NCBI RefSeq assembly: GCF_964355755.1
Contig: NC_092678.1
Span: 17,439,365-17,503,364, forward strand
Reading direction: 5' to 3'
Length of the DNA stretch: 64,000 bases
Source of the DNA: Antedon mediterranea
Taxonomy: Eukaryota; Animalia; Echinodermata
Part shown: piece by piece, positions 41,701-51,098 of the stretch
Position numbering within the stretch: position 1 is the stretch's first letter
How the letters are laid out: every line of letters starts with the position of its first letter
The notes under the pieces: model-generated
What the model was told of the DNA's origin: nothing
What the model saw: only the letters and a program-made list of their open reading frames with translations
Databases searched by the model: none
Program-made: the position numbers and the translations under genes

Positions 41701-44700
41701 AGTTTAATCAGCTTTGATTACTGTTTTTTATGCTTGTATAAGGAATCATAACATCAATTCGCTGTCTTTCCATGGAATTAGTTTACATGTGAGGCGTGGA
41801 CAGATCGTTTTTTGTAATTCTGTGATTTTAGCGGGTATGTGACGTCATCCGGCAATGAACCAATAAGATTCCTTATAAGCATAATGCTAATGAAATTAGA
41901 ATTCGTTGTCCTTGTTGAGATATTCAAAGATATTAAAAGTTATTTAATTATTTTACTAGTTTTTTATCCTTTTGTTTTTTTTCATTTAGTTACATAACCG
42001 CATTATTTTTTAAGGGTATTCCTTCAATATATAAAGATGGTAAAAAATAAATAAATAAATAAAAATTAAAAATAATGTGCTTACCTTCATTGAGAAGTCT
42101 GATATTATAGTATATTTTAATGAATAACATCTACAAGTTTAATCAGCTTTAATTACTGCTTTTTTTATGTTTGTATAAGAACAAAATCATAACATCAATC
42201 CGCTGTCTATTTTTTCAAATCCTGTGATTTTAGCGGGTATGTGACGTCATCAGGCAATGAACCAATAAGATTCCTTATAAACATAGCGCTAATGAATTAA
42301 TCTACCAATCATAATTCGTTGTTTTTGTAAGCGTAGCGATCTCAGTCCAATGAATAAGTAATGAGATGTTTTAATATTCGTGATATTAATATATTTTTAT
42401 TATTAATATGAGAGTGTTTTAATGAATACTTAGTAATTGCGTTGGTATTTATTCTAAGAATTATTGAATTAAGTATGATATATTTAAATTATTTTATTTT
42501 TAACACGGTACCTGATTTACTATATATATATACACATTGTTAATTTGAAAACAGTACAGTTTTCCTGCTTTAGATTTTTAACATTTAGTCATCTGTTCTT
42601 TATCCTGCTGTTATTATCTATCAGGATGAATTCTACTCAAAATCAATCCGGTAGTAAGAGAGTTTTTTCTTCTTCAAAAGGACAGAGTGCTGTATCTAAT
42701 CGAGTAAAGATACACAAAGTTTCACATCAACATGGCACAGCAGTACCTTCAAATTGTATGACGTGTTTAATGGCGATTCAACCCCCACCTCCAATGAACG
42801 TTGATTTCAATAATGTATCTAATACTGAAGAAGACGAACATTATAGATCGAGAATAATTTCTGAAGAGGAGAGGATTTTATACGACGACACGTCATCGGT
42901 AGTTGACTACCACCTATTTCTAGCAAGAAAAGCCGATGTAGAAGATGAGGTAGAAGATGAGGTGTTTGCAGAAGAGTACCTGAACCCTGTGCTGGAGGCG
43001 GAGATTAAGAAAGAAACTACCGAACTTGAGTACAAAGAAATAATGAGAACAATTGAGAAGGTTTTCATAGAAGAATTTATATTCATTCTGAAGGACATGG
43101 TTGAACGTTATAACTTTCACGGCTCAAGATATGAACAACTCCTAACATTTTTTCGACCAATTCTGGCATTGAAACTTGTGGACAATAGCGCTACCCATTT
43201 TGAATGGGCGCTAAACTACTTTCATTTACGTTGCATCAATGTTGATGCGTTCGATAAAGCCATAAAGTTGATTACAAATGATTCAGAACTTTTTAATAAG
43301 ATTCTTTACCAATTGTAATTTGTACAAATTTAAAATAATATCTTAACACTTTTTTAATTAATGTTACATAATTTTATAATTCTTATTTCTTTTCGGTAAA
43401 TTTATTATTATTATGGTTATAAATTATATTGAAATAGAATGTGTGTTAAAATAAAGGTTGTGTTTTTTTCTTTTAAAAGCAACAAGAACGAAAATGAAAT
43501 TTGATCTTTGCGTGTTATTTAAGTATTTGATTTATTTTTTTTAAATTTTCATTTGGGTGAATGAGGGTAATGAATATGAATGAGTACTTAAGAAAAGTAT
43601 ATTAATATCCTAAGCATCCTGATAGTTTTGGTGGTATGGACCGACTTTATCAAAATGTAAAAGACGATTTAAATATTACCAAGAGACAAGTTCAAGACTG
43701 ACTGAACAAGCAATACATTACACACATCCATTCAACGTAAATTCAAACAAAACTGGGTACTTGTAAGTGCTATTGATGAACAATGGGGAATGGATTTGGA
43801 AAAATAACGTGTATAAAATTTGATTCAGACAAACTGTTTGCAAAATCAAAGGTTTGACTCTAGATTTCTAAAAATCAAAGGAAGTCAATTTTGAAATAGT
43901 TGGTAGCATGGTACGAGGAATCGGACTGGAAAAAATAACAACAACTAATCCTAACAAAATAAACCGTAAACCAAAATCTCACTTAATATTTATTTTTTAT
44001 AAATTTGTAAAAGTAGTTACCCTATTTTAATTCATGGTAAATTTATTTTTCGAATTAATTTAATTTGTTTTATTTTCTGTTGAATTTTTATTATTATTAT
44101 GTTTGTAAAGTGTATTGCAATAGATTTGTTTAATAAAATAAATTATGTTTTGACTTAATTTATGTCAGTGTAAATTTGTAAAAGTAGTTTTCCTATTATA
44201 ATTCATGATAAGTTTATTTCTTGACTTTGCTTAATTTTTTCTTTTCTGTTAAAGTAGAATGTGTATTGAAATACATTTTGTTTTTAACATCAACAACAAA
44301 AATGAAATTTGATCTTTGCGTGTTGTTTAACTCGTGTATGAAGTTTTTGAATTTGTTAAATGTAATTGCAAACATACATATTAAATGATTGTGATTAAAA
44401 ATATTCTGTTTACTTTTTATTTTTTATTTTAAACAGTAGTATTTTTAACAGTAGTTATATTTTATATATAGGTAATATTACAAAAATAAACATACAAAAT
44501 GTATAAAGCATAGACTTATTAAATTTAAATACAATTTCTTTATTTCAAAATGAATTTCATTCAATTTCATCTCTCTAATTAATTTTAGATGTGTTATCAT
44601 TTATCTAAAATGTATATTTCTCAATAATAAGCATTTACTTTATAAATTTGGTAAAAATACATTTATAATATTCCTTCTTATTGAAAGTGTCGTTACAAAC

Positions 44701-47700
44701 CGTGCGTCTCAAATTTGTTTCCTTTTGTGTGCGTTTTTATATCAGTACGTATTGTGTCTTTCTTAAAAGATTTAAAATTGAAAACACGTATAAAATGAAA
44801 TTCATTTTGAAATAAAGAAATTGTATTTAAATTTAATAAGTCTATGCTTTATACATTTTGTATGTTTATTTTTGTAATATTACCTATATATAAAATATAA
44901 CTACTGTTAAAAATACTACTGTTTAAAATAAAAAATAAAAAGTAAACAGAATATTTTTAATCACAATCATTTAATATGTATGTTTGCAATTACATTTAAC
45001 AAATTCAAAAACTTCATACACGAGTTAAACAACACGCAAAGATCAAATTTCATTTTTGTTGTTGATGTTAAAAACAAAATGTATTTCAATACACATTCTA
45101 CTTTAACAGAAAAGAAAAAATTAAGCAAAGTCAAGAAATAAACTTATCATGAATTATAATAGGAAAACTACTTTTACAAATTTACACTGACATAAATTAA
45201 GTCAAAACATAATTTATTTTATTAAACAAATCTATTGCAATACACTTTACAAACATAATAATAATAAAAATTCAACAGAAAATAAAACAAATTAAATTAA
45301 TTCGAAAAATAAATTTACCATGAATTAAAATAGGGTAACTACTTTTACAAATTTATAAAAAATAAATATTAAGTGAGATTTTGGTTTACGGTTTATTTTG
45401 TTAGGATTAGTTGTTGTTATTTTTTCCAGTCCGATTCCTCGTACCATGCTACCAACTATTTCAAAATTGACTTCCTTTGATTTTTAGAAATCTAGAGTCA
45501 AACCTTTGATTTTGCAAACAGTTTGTCTGAATCAAATTTTATACACGTTATTTTTCCAAATCCATTCCCCATTGTTCATCAATAGCACTTACAAGTACCC
45601 AGTTTTGTTTGAATTTACGTTGAATGGATGTGTGTAATGTATTGCTTGTTCAGTCAGTCTTGAACTTGTCTCTTGGTAATATTTAAATCGTCTTTTACAT
45701 TTTGATAAAGTCGGTCCACACCACCAAAACTATCAGGATGCTTAGGATCTTAATATACTTTTCTTAAGTACTCATTCATATTCATTACCCTCATTCACCC
45801 AAATGAAAATTAAAAAAAAATAAATCAAATACTTAAATAACACGCAAAGATCAAATTTCATTTTCGTTCTTGTTGCTTTTAAAAGAAAAAAACACAACCT
45901 TTATTTTAACACACATTCTATTTCAATATAATTTATAACCATAATAATAATAAATTTACCGAAAAGAAATAAGAATTATAAAATTATGTAACATTAATTA
46001 AAAAAGTGTTAAGATATTATTTTAAATTTGTACAAATTACAATTGGTAAAGAATCTTATTAAAAAGTTCTGAATCATTTGTAATCAACTTTATGGCTTTA
46101 TCGAACGCATCAACATTGATGCAACGTAAATGAAAGTAGTTTAGCGCCCATTCAAAATGGGTAGCGCTATTGTCCACAAGTTTCAATGCCAGAATTGGTC
46201 GAAAAAATGTTAGGAGTTGTTCATATCTTGAGCCGTGAAAGTTATAACGTTCAACCATGTCCTTCAGAATGAATATAAATTCTTCTATGAAAACCTTCTC
46301 AATTGTTCTCATTATTTCTTTGTACTCAAGTTCGGTAGTTTCTTTCTTAATCTCCGCCTCCAGCACAGGGTTCAGGTACTCTTCTGCAAACACCTCATCT
46401 TCTACCTCATCTTCTACATCGGCTTTTCTTGCTAGAAATAGGTGGTAGTCAACTACCGATGACGTGTCGTCGTATAAAATCCTCTCCTCTTCAGAAATTA
46501 TTCTCGATCTATAATGTTCGTCTTCTTCAGTATTAGATACATTATTGAAATCAACGTTCATTGGAGGTGGGGGTTGAATCGCCATTAAACACGTCATACA
46601 ATTTGAAGGTACTGCTGTGCCATGTTGATGTGAAACTTTGTGTATCTTTACTCGATTAGATACAGCACTCTGTCCTTTTGAAGAAGAAAAAACTCTCTTA
46701 CTACCGGATTGATTTTGAGTAGAATTCATCCTGATAGATAATAACAGCAGGATAAAGAACAGATGACTAAATGTTAAAAATCTAAAGCAGGAAAACTGTA
46801 CTGTTTTCAAATTAACAATGTGTATATATATATAGTAAATCAGGTACCGTGTTAAAAATAAAATAATTTAAATATATCATACTTAATTCAATAATTCTTA
46901 GAATAAATACCAACGCAATTACTAAGTATTCATTAAAACACTCTCATATTAATAATAAAAATATATTAATATTCACGAATATTAAAACATCTCATTACTT
47001 ATTCATTGGACTGAGATCGCTACGCTTACAAAAACAACGAATTATGATTGGTAGATTAATTCATTAGCGCTATGTTTATAAGGAATCTTATTGGTTCATT
47101 GCCTGATGACGTCACATACCCGCTAAAATCACAGGATTTGAAAAAATAGACAGCGGATTGATGTTATGATTTTGTTCTTATACAAACATAAAAAAAGCAG
47201 TAATTAAAGCTGATTAAACTTGTAGATGTTATTCATTAAAATATACTATAATATCAGACTTCTCAATGAAGGTAAGCACATTATTTTTAATTTTTATTTA
47301 TTTATTTATTTTTTACCATCTTTATATATTGAAGGAATACCCTTAAAAAATAATGCGGTTATGTAACTAAACGAAAAAAAACAAAAGGATAAAAAACTAG
47401 TAAAATAATTAAATAACTTTTAATATCTTTGAATATCTCAACAAGGACAACGAATTCTAATTTCATTAGCATTATGCTTATAAGGAATCTTATTGGTTCA
47501 TTGCCGGATGACGTCACATACCCGCTAAAATCACAGAATTACAAAAAACGATCTGTCCACGCCTCACATGTAAACTAATTCCATGGAAAGACAGCGAATT
47601 GATGTTATGATTCCTTATACAAGCATAAAAAACAGTAATCAAAGCTGATTAAACTTGTGGATTTTATTCATTAAACTGTACATCAGACTTCTCAATGAAG

Positions 47701-49846
47701 GTAAGCACATTGTCTTTAATATTTAAATGTAAATATTTATTTAAACATTATGTAATACATGTATTACGTTTAAACATTATACGTAAAACTATCACTCATT
47801 TACTAATTATTCATTAAAACACCCCTCATATTAATAAAAATATATTAATATTCATGAATATTAAAACATCTCATTACTTATTACTTATACATTGGACTGA
47901 GATCGCTAAACAAATTAATTAATTCATTTATTCATAAATAATACCCTTAAAAATATTAATATTCATAAAAACTACTTTTAAAATATTAATTATTCATAAA
48001 AACTACCCCTCATAATTAATTAATTTATTAATTTATTAATAAATAATACCCTTTAAAATATTAATTATTCATAAATACTACACTCATAATTAATATATTA
48101 ATATTCATTAATTAATTTATGAATTATTCATTGGACTGTACGGTATATATTACTACTATTATTGTCTCGTTTCTAACAATATCGGAATTTTTACCTGGAT
48201 GAAGTCTCTTTTGCAAAAAGAAGCTTTGTGTTATGTTTGTTTAGAAACCTCTTACCATTACGTTTGTGAATTTCTTCCAATTGATCAATTGTTTTTGCAG
48301 AGGTTTTTTAAAGATTTTAGGTTGTCCAGGGAGCGTTTGTTTGCCAAATTCTCTGCAATCTAAGGTTGTGTCTAATTTTCAATCAAGTAAAGAGCTTAAA
48401 CTAGAGTATGATTAATTACTGTAATTGAATATTTAATTAATGGCAGTAACATAGCGTAGATTATAGAGTATAGACAGCGATTCAGATTAATATTTGTTAT
48501 AAAATCAAACAACAAACGTAAAAGACTTTAGTATATAATAGCGATCTTCCTTGTATTAGCTATAGTGTTTTATTTTAGAATTTTTGCAAGTAGTGTTTCT
48601 CTGTTTTAAAAGTATCTTCTATCAAATCGCCTAAAAAAAGCCTAATCAGGTTAATACATTATACTTTTTCAGTAACTTAGGGGTTATTAGTTTACAATAC
48701 GTCGCGAAACGCGTTACACTTAGCGACTGACGCGTTTATTTTTTTTCAATATTTATAATACAATTATGAATTATTAATTTTTAAAAAACATTAAAACCTA
48801 AATAACCTACTGAATACAAAATATATTCATTGTATCCTAATTTCAAAAGTAATATTAAACGCACCCATTTTTTCGAATTAGCATACTCAGGGATGTATTG
48901 TCCCACAAAAGCATGAAAAAAATACAGATTTTTTATTATTCTTCATTTATCAGACTTATAATAGGCCTTTTTTTAGTTTTAATCAAGTTAATCAATTCCA
49001 TAGAAAAGACCGAAATAATAATGGTCCTACTTATAAAAAGACAAAATAAACAGATTAATTTCAACACAACCTCATTGAACTGCCAGCGCAGCAAATTTGA
49101 CTATTTCCTTTTTCAAGTAAATATATTTCTTAAAATCCAATTAGTCAATGTGAATAACTCTTATGTGAAATTAAAATGGCATATTCAACAAAAAATTCCA
49201 ACAAATTATTTTTTCAAGGGATAATATATCTTCAATTCTCATTTTACTTATATTTTCAGGTTAGCCTAAAATAATTTCTTGCACCGTACCAATTAAATTT
49301 AAAAATAACTCACCCGGTGGAACAATTACTGCTGTAACTGTTGCATTAAATCCTCTCTTTGTTATAATAACATCAGTAGATAAAGAAATCCACATTGTGT
49401 TGTTGTTGGAAACTAGAGAATCAAATGTTGAACCTGTAAACCTGATTTTATTTTCATTTTCTGCAAATGCTATATCCAAATAATCAAATTTGTTCTCCAG
49501 TTGAAAGTCGTTGAACTCAATACGAATAACCAACTCTGGAGAGGTTGTAACCATCCATTCACACTTTAAATTGTTGTCGTAGTTCTTCGGATAATTAGGA
49601 GACCAAAATACATATGATGAGTTCTCAGATTCAAGATGAATATCCTTGTTACATTCTGCAAGAGAAATAAGATAATAATAATACACGGAATGTAGGCCTA
49701 TTGTTACTATTGTATTGATAGAAATATAGCGTGATTAATAATTTAGGTAATCACAATATTTGATATTTTCAAAATAACCTTAAAGGTAATATATCCGGCT
49801 AATCCTGCATATCTAATTGTTAATGATGGTTTTAATATGATAGGCC

Positions 49847-49877
<31 letters not shown>

Positions 49878-51098
49878 GGAAATAATAATAGTTCATTCTT
49901 ATAGCGCATTATAAGCAAGCTCTCAATGCGCTGCACATTATTACCCCGGGAATTGTTTTGGATAATACACGTATGGAAACATACTCCCATATTACTAGTT
50001 ATTTTTACCTATCCATGTGATTTTATATATAGTTTTAACAACAATTATTGTCTTTTAATCAGGCCGTGCTACAGTATAAAATAGGGTACACAAAATACAT
50101 GAAATTACATTAGATTACAAATGTACAAATAGTAATTAATCAGTAATTGCCCCGGCCCAGTTATCCCATTTATAAAAGTGTGAATTTTATCAATTATTAC
50201 CTATTGATGAAAAATATTTGATTTGTTTGTAAAATTTGGTAAATAAATCGAGTCCGTTTACTACCAGGTGTCCAGTTCTAACTGTACAAGGAAAGTTAGC
50301 ACCTACTCTTAACCTAAATCTGCACATGCGCCAAAGCTTGGTGTTCACAAACATGTGTGTACCAGGTAAATACGATTTACCAATAACATTCTTAACTTAA
50401 TGTAAAATTAAATAAACAACAATCGTCTGACTGACTTCATGTTATTGTTTAAACTCATAGTCAGATAATTTTTAGTATGTTAGAGAAAGAGAATCACGAT
50501 TGATAAAGAGAGATAAACACATTTGAGTAAAATTATGATTTCCAATGAATTCTTAAATGTTGACAATTAGTTGGGCAATAGTTTTTTATAACTTTGTTTT
50601 ACAGAATTGTAGTTTTCTGTAGAAAAGGAATCACGATTGCCCAAGATAGAAATGATTTTGTAAAATTGCGGGGAATTAAAATTTCAAATCCACACATTAT
50701 AAGTTAATTTTTTTTTAAATCAGTCGGGCAATTGTTACTATGTTCTACAGTATTGACCAGTTTTCTGTAGAAAGAGAATCACTATTGCTCAAGATAGAAA
50801 CGATTGTGTTAAACTGTGGAGAATTACGACTTTCAATGAATTCTAAGATATTTTTTTGATATTAAAAGTAAAACAAATTGAAGAATTGGAAACCATACTC
50901 ACGAATAGAACAGCTTGAAAACGAGATATACAATAATGATAGCTACCAGCAGTATAATTATTTCACAAATAATAATTATTAAAAAAAAAGTATAGTACCC
51001 ATACCAGGATCAAAATCACCACTAGAGTAATCTGATGATGATGAAGAGCTTGAAAACGGTACAACAACCAACAGCATAATAACGCTAAAGATAAACAT
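13820..51098 (-). CDS. Spliced host gene (5' part): signal peptide-CUB-LRRNT-(LRR)x7 or more; cell-surface or secreted protein, C-terminus outside the window
   Basis: Ten exons with GT-AG sites and matching phases (1, 1, then all 2) join into one stop-free frame: 51005-51098, 49314-49655, 40601-40736, 39247-39318, 36312-36383, 32347-32418, 27798-27869, 23062-23133, 16197-16268, 13820-13891. Confidence 0.82.
14150..14445 (+). mobile_element. Rex1/Babar-like LINE endonuclease remnant (part of the duplicated unit)
   Basis: PSVIFGNAHSLK...FEYRDSCLMAITETWL; paralogous copies at ~28130-28490 and ~36640-37245. Confidence 0.6.
16197..16268 (-). CDS. LRR exon 6 (B-type) YLFTNQITTLPENVFDGLTSLTQ(L)
   Basis: 72 bp, phase 2-2, TTTTCAG acceptor, GTGAGT donor; equals the end of ORF 16193..16381. 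Confidence 0.88.
16584..19920 (-). mobile_element. L2-clade LINE, ORF2 (APE endonuclease plus RT), frameshifted
   Basis: GGGVG...IYRPP...GDFNIH and SDH (APE); NYRPISNL, QSAYKAHHSTETAL, LSAAFDTVDH, VPQGSVHGP and YADDTQ (RT); LHWLPVRYRIVFK (L2 C-terminus). It interrupts the duplicated intronic unit at ~16584. Confidence 0.88.
17435..17936 (+). mobile_element. 3' fragment of a second LINE nested in the L2
   Basis: NTRQ…LLIPRP…FKLSFSFNAPSFFNSL, a 3' stem-loop GAGGGT…ACCCTC and an (AAAT)n tail; opposite orientation to the host L2. Confidence 0.7.
20808..20976. mobile_element. Small palindromic MITE-like element
   Basis: ATAATATAACAGATATCGCC…GGCGAATATCTGTATTATAT ends with internal inverted CCCTCGGGAAT/ATTCCCGAGGG motifs. 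Confidence 0.5.
20974..21303 (-). mobile_element. tRNA-derived SINE with Deu/Nin-like central domain, copy 1
   Basis: Reverse-complement paralogue of 23620-23975. Confidence 0.75.
21584..21698. mobile_element. ~115-bp MITE
   Basis: Inverted ends AGCTATGTCTACACTTTCAAACT…AGTTTGATAGTGTAGACAGAGCT. Confidence 0.65.
23062..23133 (-). CDS. LRR exon 5 (C-type) YLYENSLQSLPANVFGGLTSLQK(L)
   Basis: 72 bp, phase 2-2, pyrimidine tract plus GAAG acceptor, GTAAGT donor. Confidence 0.85.
23620..23975 (+). mobile_element. tRNA-derived SINE with Deu/Nin-like central domain, copy 2
   Basis: A-box TGGCCGAGCGG, B-box GGTTCGAGGCC, core TCGGATAAGGACTATAAACCGTAGGTCC…TTAAAGAACCC…AAAAGAGTAGGGG and an (AAAT)n tail. 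Confidence 0.8.
24775..27655 (+). mobile_element. Degenerate, internally deleted RTEX-like LINE (ORF1 remnant, APE, RT)
   Basis: VVSYNC, GDLI and SDHFPI (APE); FLDAPKAFDRV, NGVRQGCVMSPLL and YADDMLL (RT); (GAAT)n tail at ~27638-27655. Confidence 0.7.
26150..26310 (-). mobile_element. tRNA-derived SINE nested in the RTEX-like LINE
   Basis: Minus strand AGCTCAGTGGTCTAGAG (A-box) and GGTTCGAGTCCC (B-box). Confidence 0.55.
27798..27869 (-). CDS. LRR exon 4 (A-type) DLRFNDITTLYEYAFGGLTSLVT(L)
   Basis: 72 bp, phase 2-2, GAAG acceptor, GTAAGT donor. Confidence 0.82.
30326..32151. mobile_element. AcademH-like non-autonomous element, head-to-tail partial dimer
   Basis: Ends TAGTCT…AGTCTA with terminal hairpins GTCTGG-GCT-CCAGAC and AGACTTG-GGG-CAAGTCT. 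9-bp TSD ACAGGAGCT at 30317-30325 and 32152-32160; the paralogous empty site at ~15998 has one ACAGGAGCT. The second unit restarts at 31189. Confidence 0.72.
32347..32418 (-). CDS. LRR exon 3 (B-type) YLYSNQITTLPANVFHGLTSLTE(L)
   Basis: 72 bp, phase 2-2, TTTTCAG acceptor, GTGAGT donor; paralogue of 16197-16268. Confidence 0.88.
34020..34850 (-). mobile_element. HINE/DINE-1-like element, diverged partial copy
   Basis: AACAAGGCC…AGTCGCGTGC start, (GACC)n block and body shared with 8584-9390; it carries an extra insertion and lacks the far end. Confidence 0.65.
36312..36383 (-). CDS. LRR exon 2 (A-type) DLRSNKITTLHENAFVGLTSLVT(L)
   Basis: 72 bp, phase 2-2, TTTTAAG acceptor, GTAAGT donor. Confidence 0.82.
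36640..37245 (+). mobile_element. Rex1/Babar-like LINE APE endonuclease remnant (longest copy)
   Basis: FEYRDSCLMALIEIWL, RPFYLKREF, CDFN, YGNVKNAY and SDHNMI motifs, with stops. Confidence 0.65.
38678..38773. repeat. (AT)35 microsatellite with 13-bp inverted flanks (96-bp perfect palindrome)
   Basis: CAGATTCTGAAAG-(AT)35-CTTTCAGAATCTG. Confidence 0.9.
39247..39318 (-). CDS. LRR exon 1 (A-type) DLSSNGITTLYENAFGGLTSLVI(L)
   Basis: 72 bp, phase 2-2, GAAG acceptor, GTAAGT donor. Confidence 0.85.
40601..40736 (-). CDS. LRR N-terminal cap exon (E)QLLFLKQICPTGCDCIFNYLSCRKYINTTAESVRNYNNHQPITF(L)
   Basis: T10-ACAG acceptor and GTAAGT donor, 136 bp, phase 1-2, bridging the CUB exon to the LRR exons; CPxxCxCxxxxxxC pattern. 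Confidence 0.85.
41840..41878 (+). promoter_or_regulatory. CRE/ATF - CCAAT - TATA-like module (repeated at 42242-42281 and mirrored in the right arm)
   Basis: TGACGTCA (41840), CCAAT (41860) and TATAA (41874) at conserved spacing in both copies of a ~260-bp direct repeat upstream of the orphan ORF. Confidence 0.4.
42626..43318 (+). CDS. Orphan acidic protein (230 aa from first ATG) carried by the Polinton-derived element, left arm
   Basis: Uninterrupted frame in very AT-rich surroundings (track ORF 42545..43318 begins at TTG; first ATG at 42626). No family recognised. Confidence 0.6.
   Translation: MNSTQNQSGSKRVFSSSKGQSAVSNRVKIHKVSHQHGTAVPSNCMTCLMAIQPPPPMNVDFNNVSNTEEDEHYRSRIISEEERILYDDTSSVVDYHLFLARKADVEDEVEDEVFAEEYLNPVLEAEIKKETTELEYKEIMRTIEKVFIEEFIFILKDMVERYNFHGSRYEQLLTFFRPILALKLVDNSATHFEWALNYFHLRCINVDAFDKAIKLITNDSELFNKILYQL
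43576..43799 (+). pseudogene. N-terminal remnant of Polinton/Maverick retroviral-like integrase, left arm
   Basis: MNEYLRKVY*YPKHPDSFGGMDRLYQNVK…VQD*LNKQY/…QRKFKQNWVLVSAIDEQWGMDL matches the YYDP.HP.SFGGV..LY…WL..Q..YTLH…IDEQW..DL signature. Two stops, one frameshift, then truncated. Confidence 0.85.
45556..45779 (-). pseudogene. Polinton integrase N-terminal remnant, right arm
   Basis: Mirror of 43576-43799, reading Y*DPKHPDSFGGVDRLY, with the same stops. Confidence 0.85.
46037..46729 (-). CDS. Orphan acidic protein, right-arm copy
   Basis: Translation identical to the left-arm ORF. Confidence 0.6.
   Translation of the reverse strand: MNSTQNQSGSKRVFSSSKGQSAVSNRVKIHKVSHQHGTAVPSNCMTCLMAIQPPPPMNVDFNNVSNTEEDEHYRSRIISEEERILYDDTSSVVDYHLFLARKADVEDEVEDEVFAEEYLNPVLEAEIKKETTELEYKEIMRTIEKVFIEEFIFILKDMVERYNFHGSRYEQLLTFFRPILALKLVDNSATHFEWALNYFHLRCINVDAFDKAIKLITNDSELFNKILYQL
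49314..49655 (-). CDS. CUB domain exon
   Basis: C…SPNYPKNYDNNLKCEW…IRIEFNDFQLE..FDYLDI…S..NTMWI…TD…KRGFNA; 342 bp, phase 1-1, CTTGCAG acceptor, GTGAGT donor. Confidence 0.95.
51005..51098 (-). CDS. First coding exon with signal peptide MFIFSVIMLLVVVPFSSSSSSSDYSSGDFDP
   Basis: ATG in AAGATG context, hydrophobic core followed by small residues, and a GTATGG donor in phase 1 matching the CUB exon. Confidence 0.8.

Larger units (their letters stand above)
41199..48157. mobile_element. Polinton/Maverick-derived non-autonomous element forming a ~7-kb palindrome
   Basis: Termini AGTAGTAATATA…TATATTACTACT; 6-bp TSD ATTATT at 41193-41198 and 48158-48163. Arms 41199-44561 and 44794-48157 are near-identical inverted repeats around a 232-bp spacer, and each has a Polinton integrase remnant. 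Confidence 0.88.

Noticed and set aside
42545-42625. Hydrophobic signal-like N-terminus of the 257-aa track ORF
   Set aside because: It starts at TTG in T-rich sequence; the first ATG is at 42626, so the extension is probably untranslated.
41199-48157. Palindrome as a sequencing or assembly fold-back artefact
   Set aside because: It ends exactly at Polinton-type termini with a 6-bp TSD, has unique flanks and a unique spacer, the arms differ at several sites, and host exons continue in phase on both sides. Read confirmation is still desirable.
48190-48420. LCYVCL…H…C peptide hinting at a gag zinc knuckle
   Set aside because: Too short and degenerate, with no supporting LTR or pol sequence.
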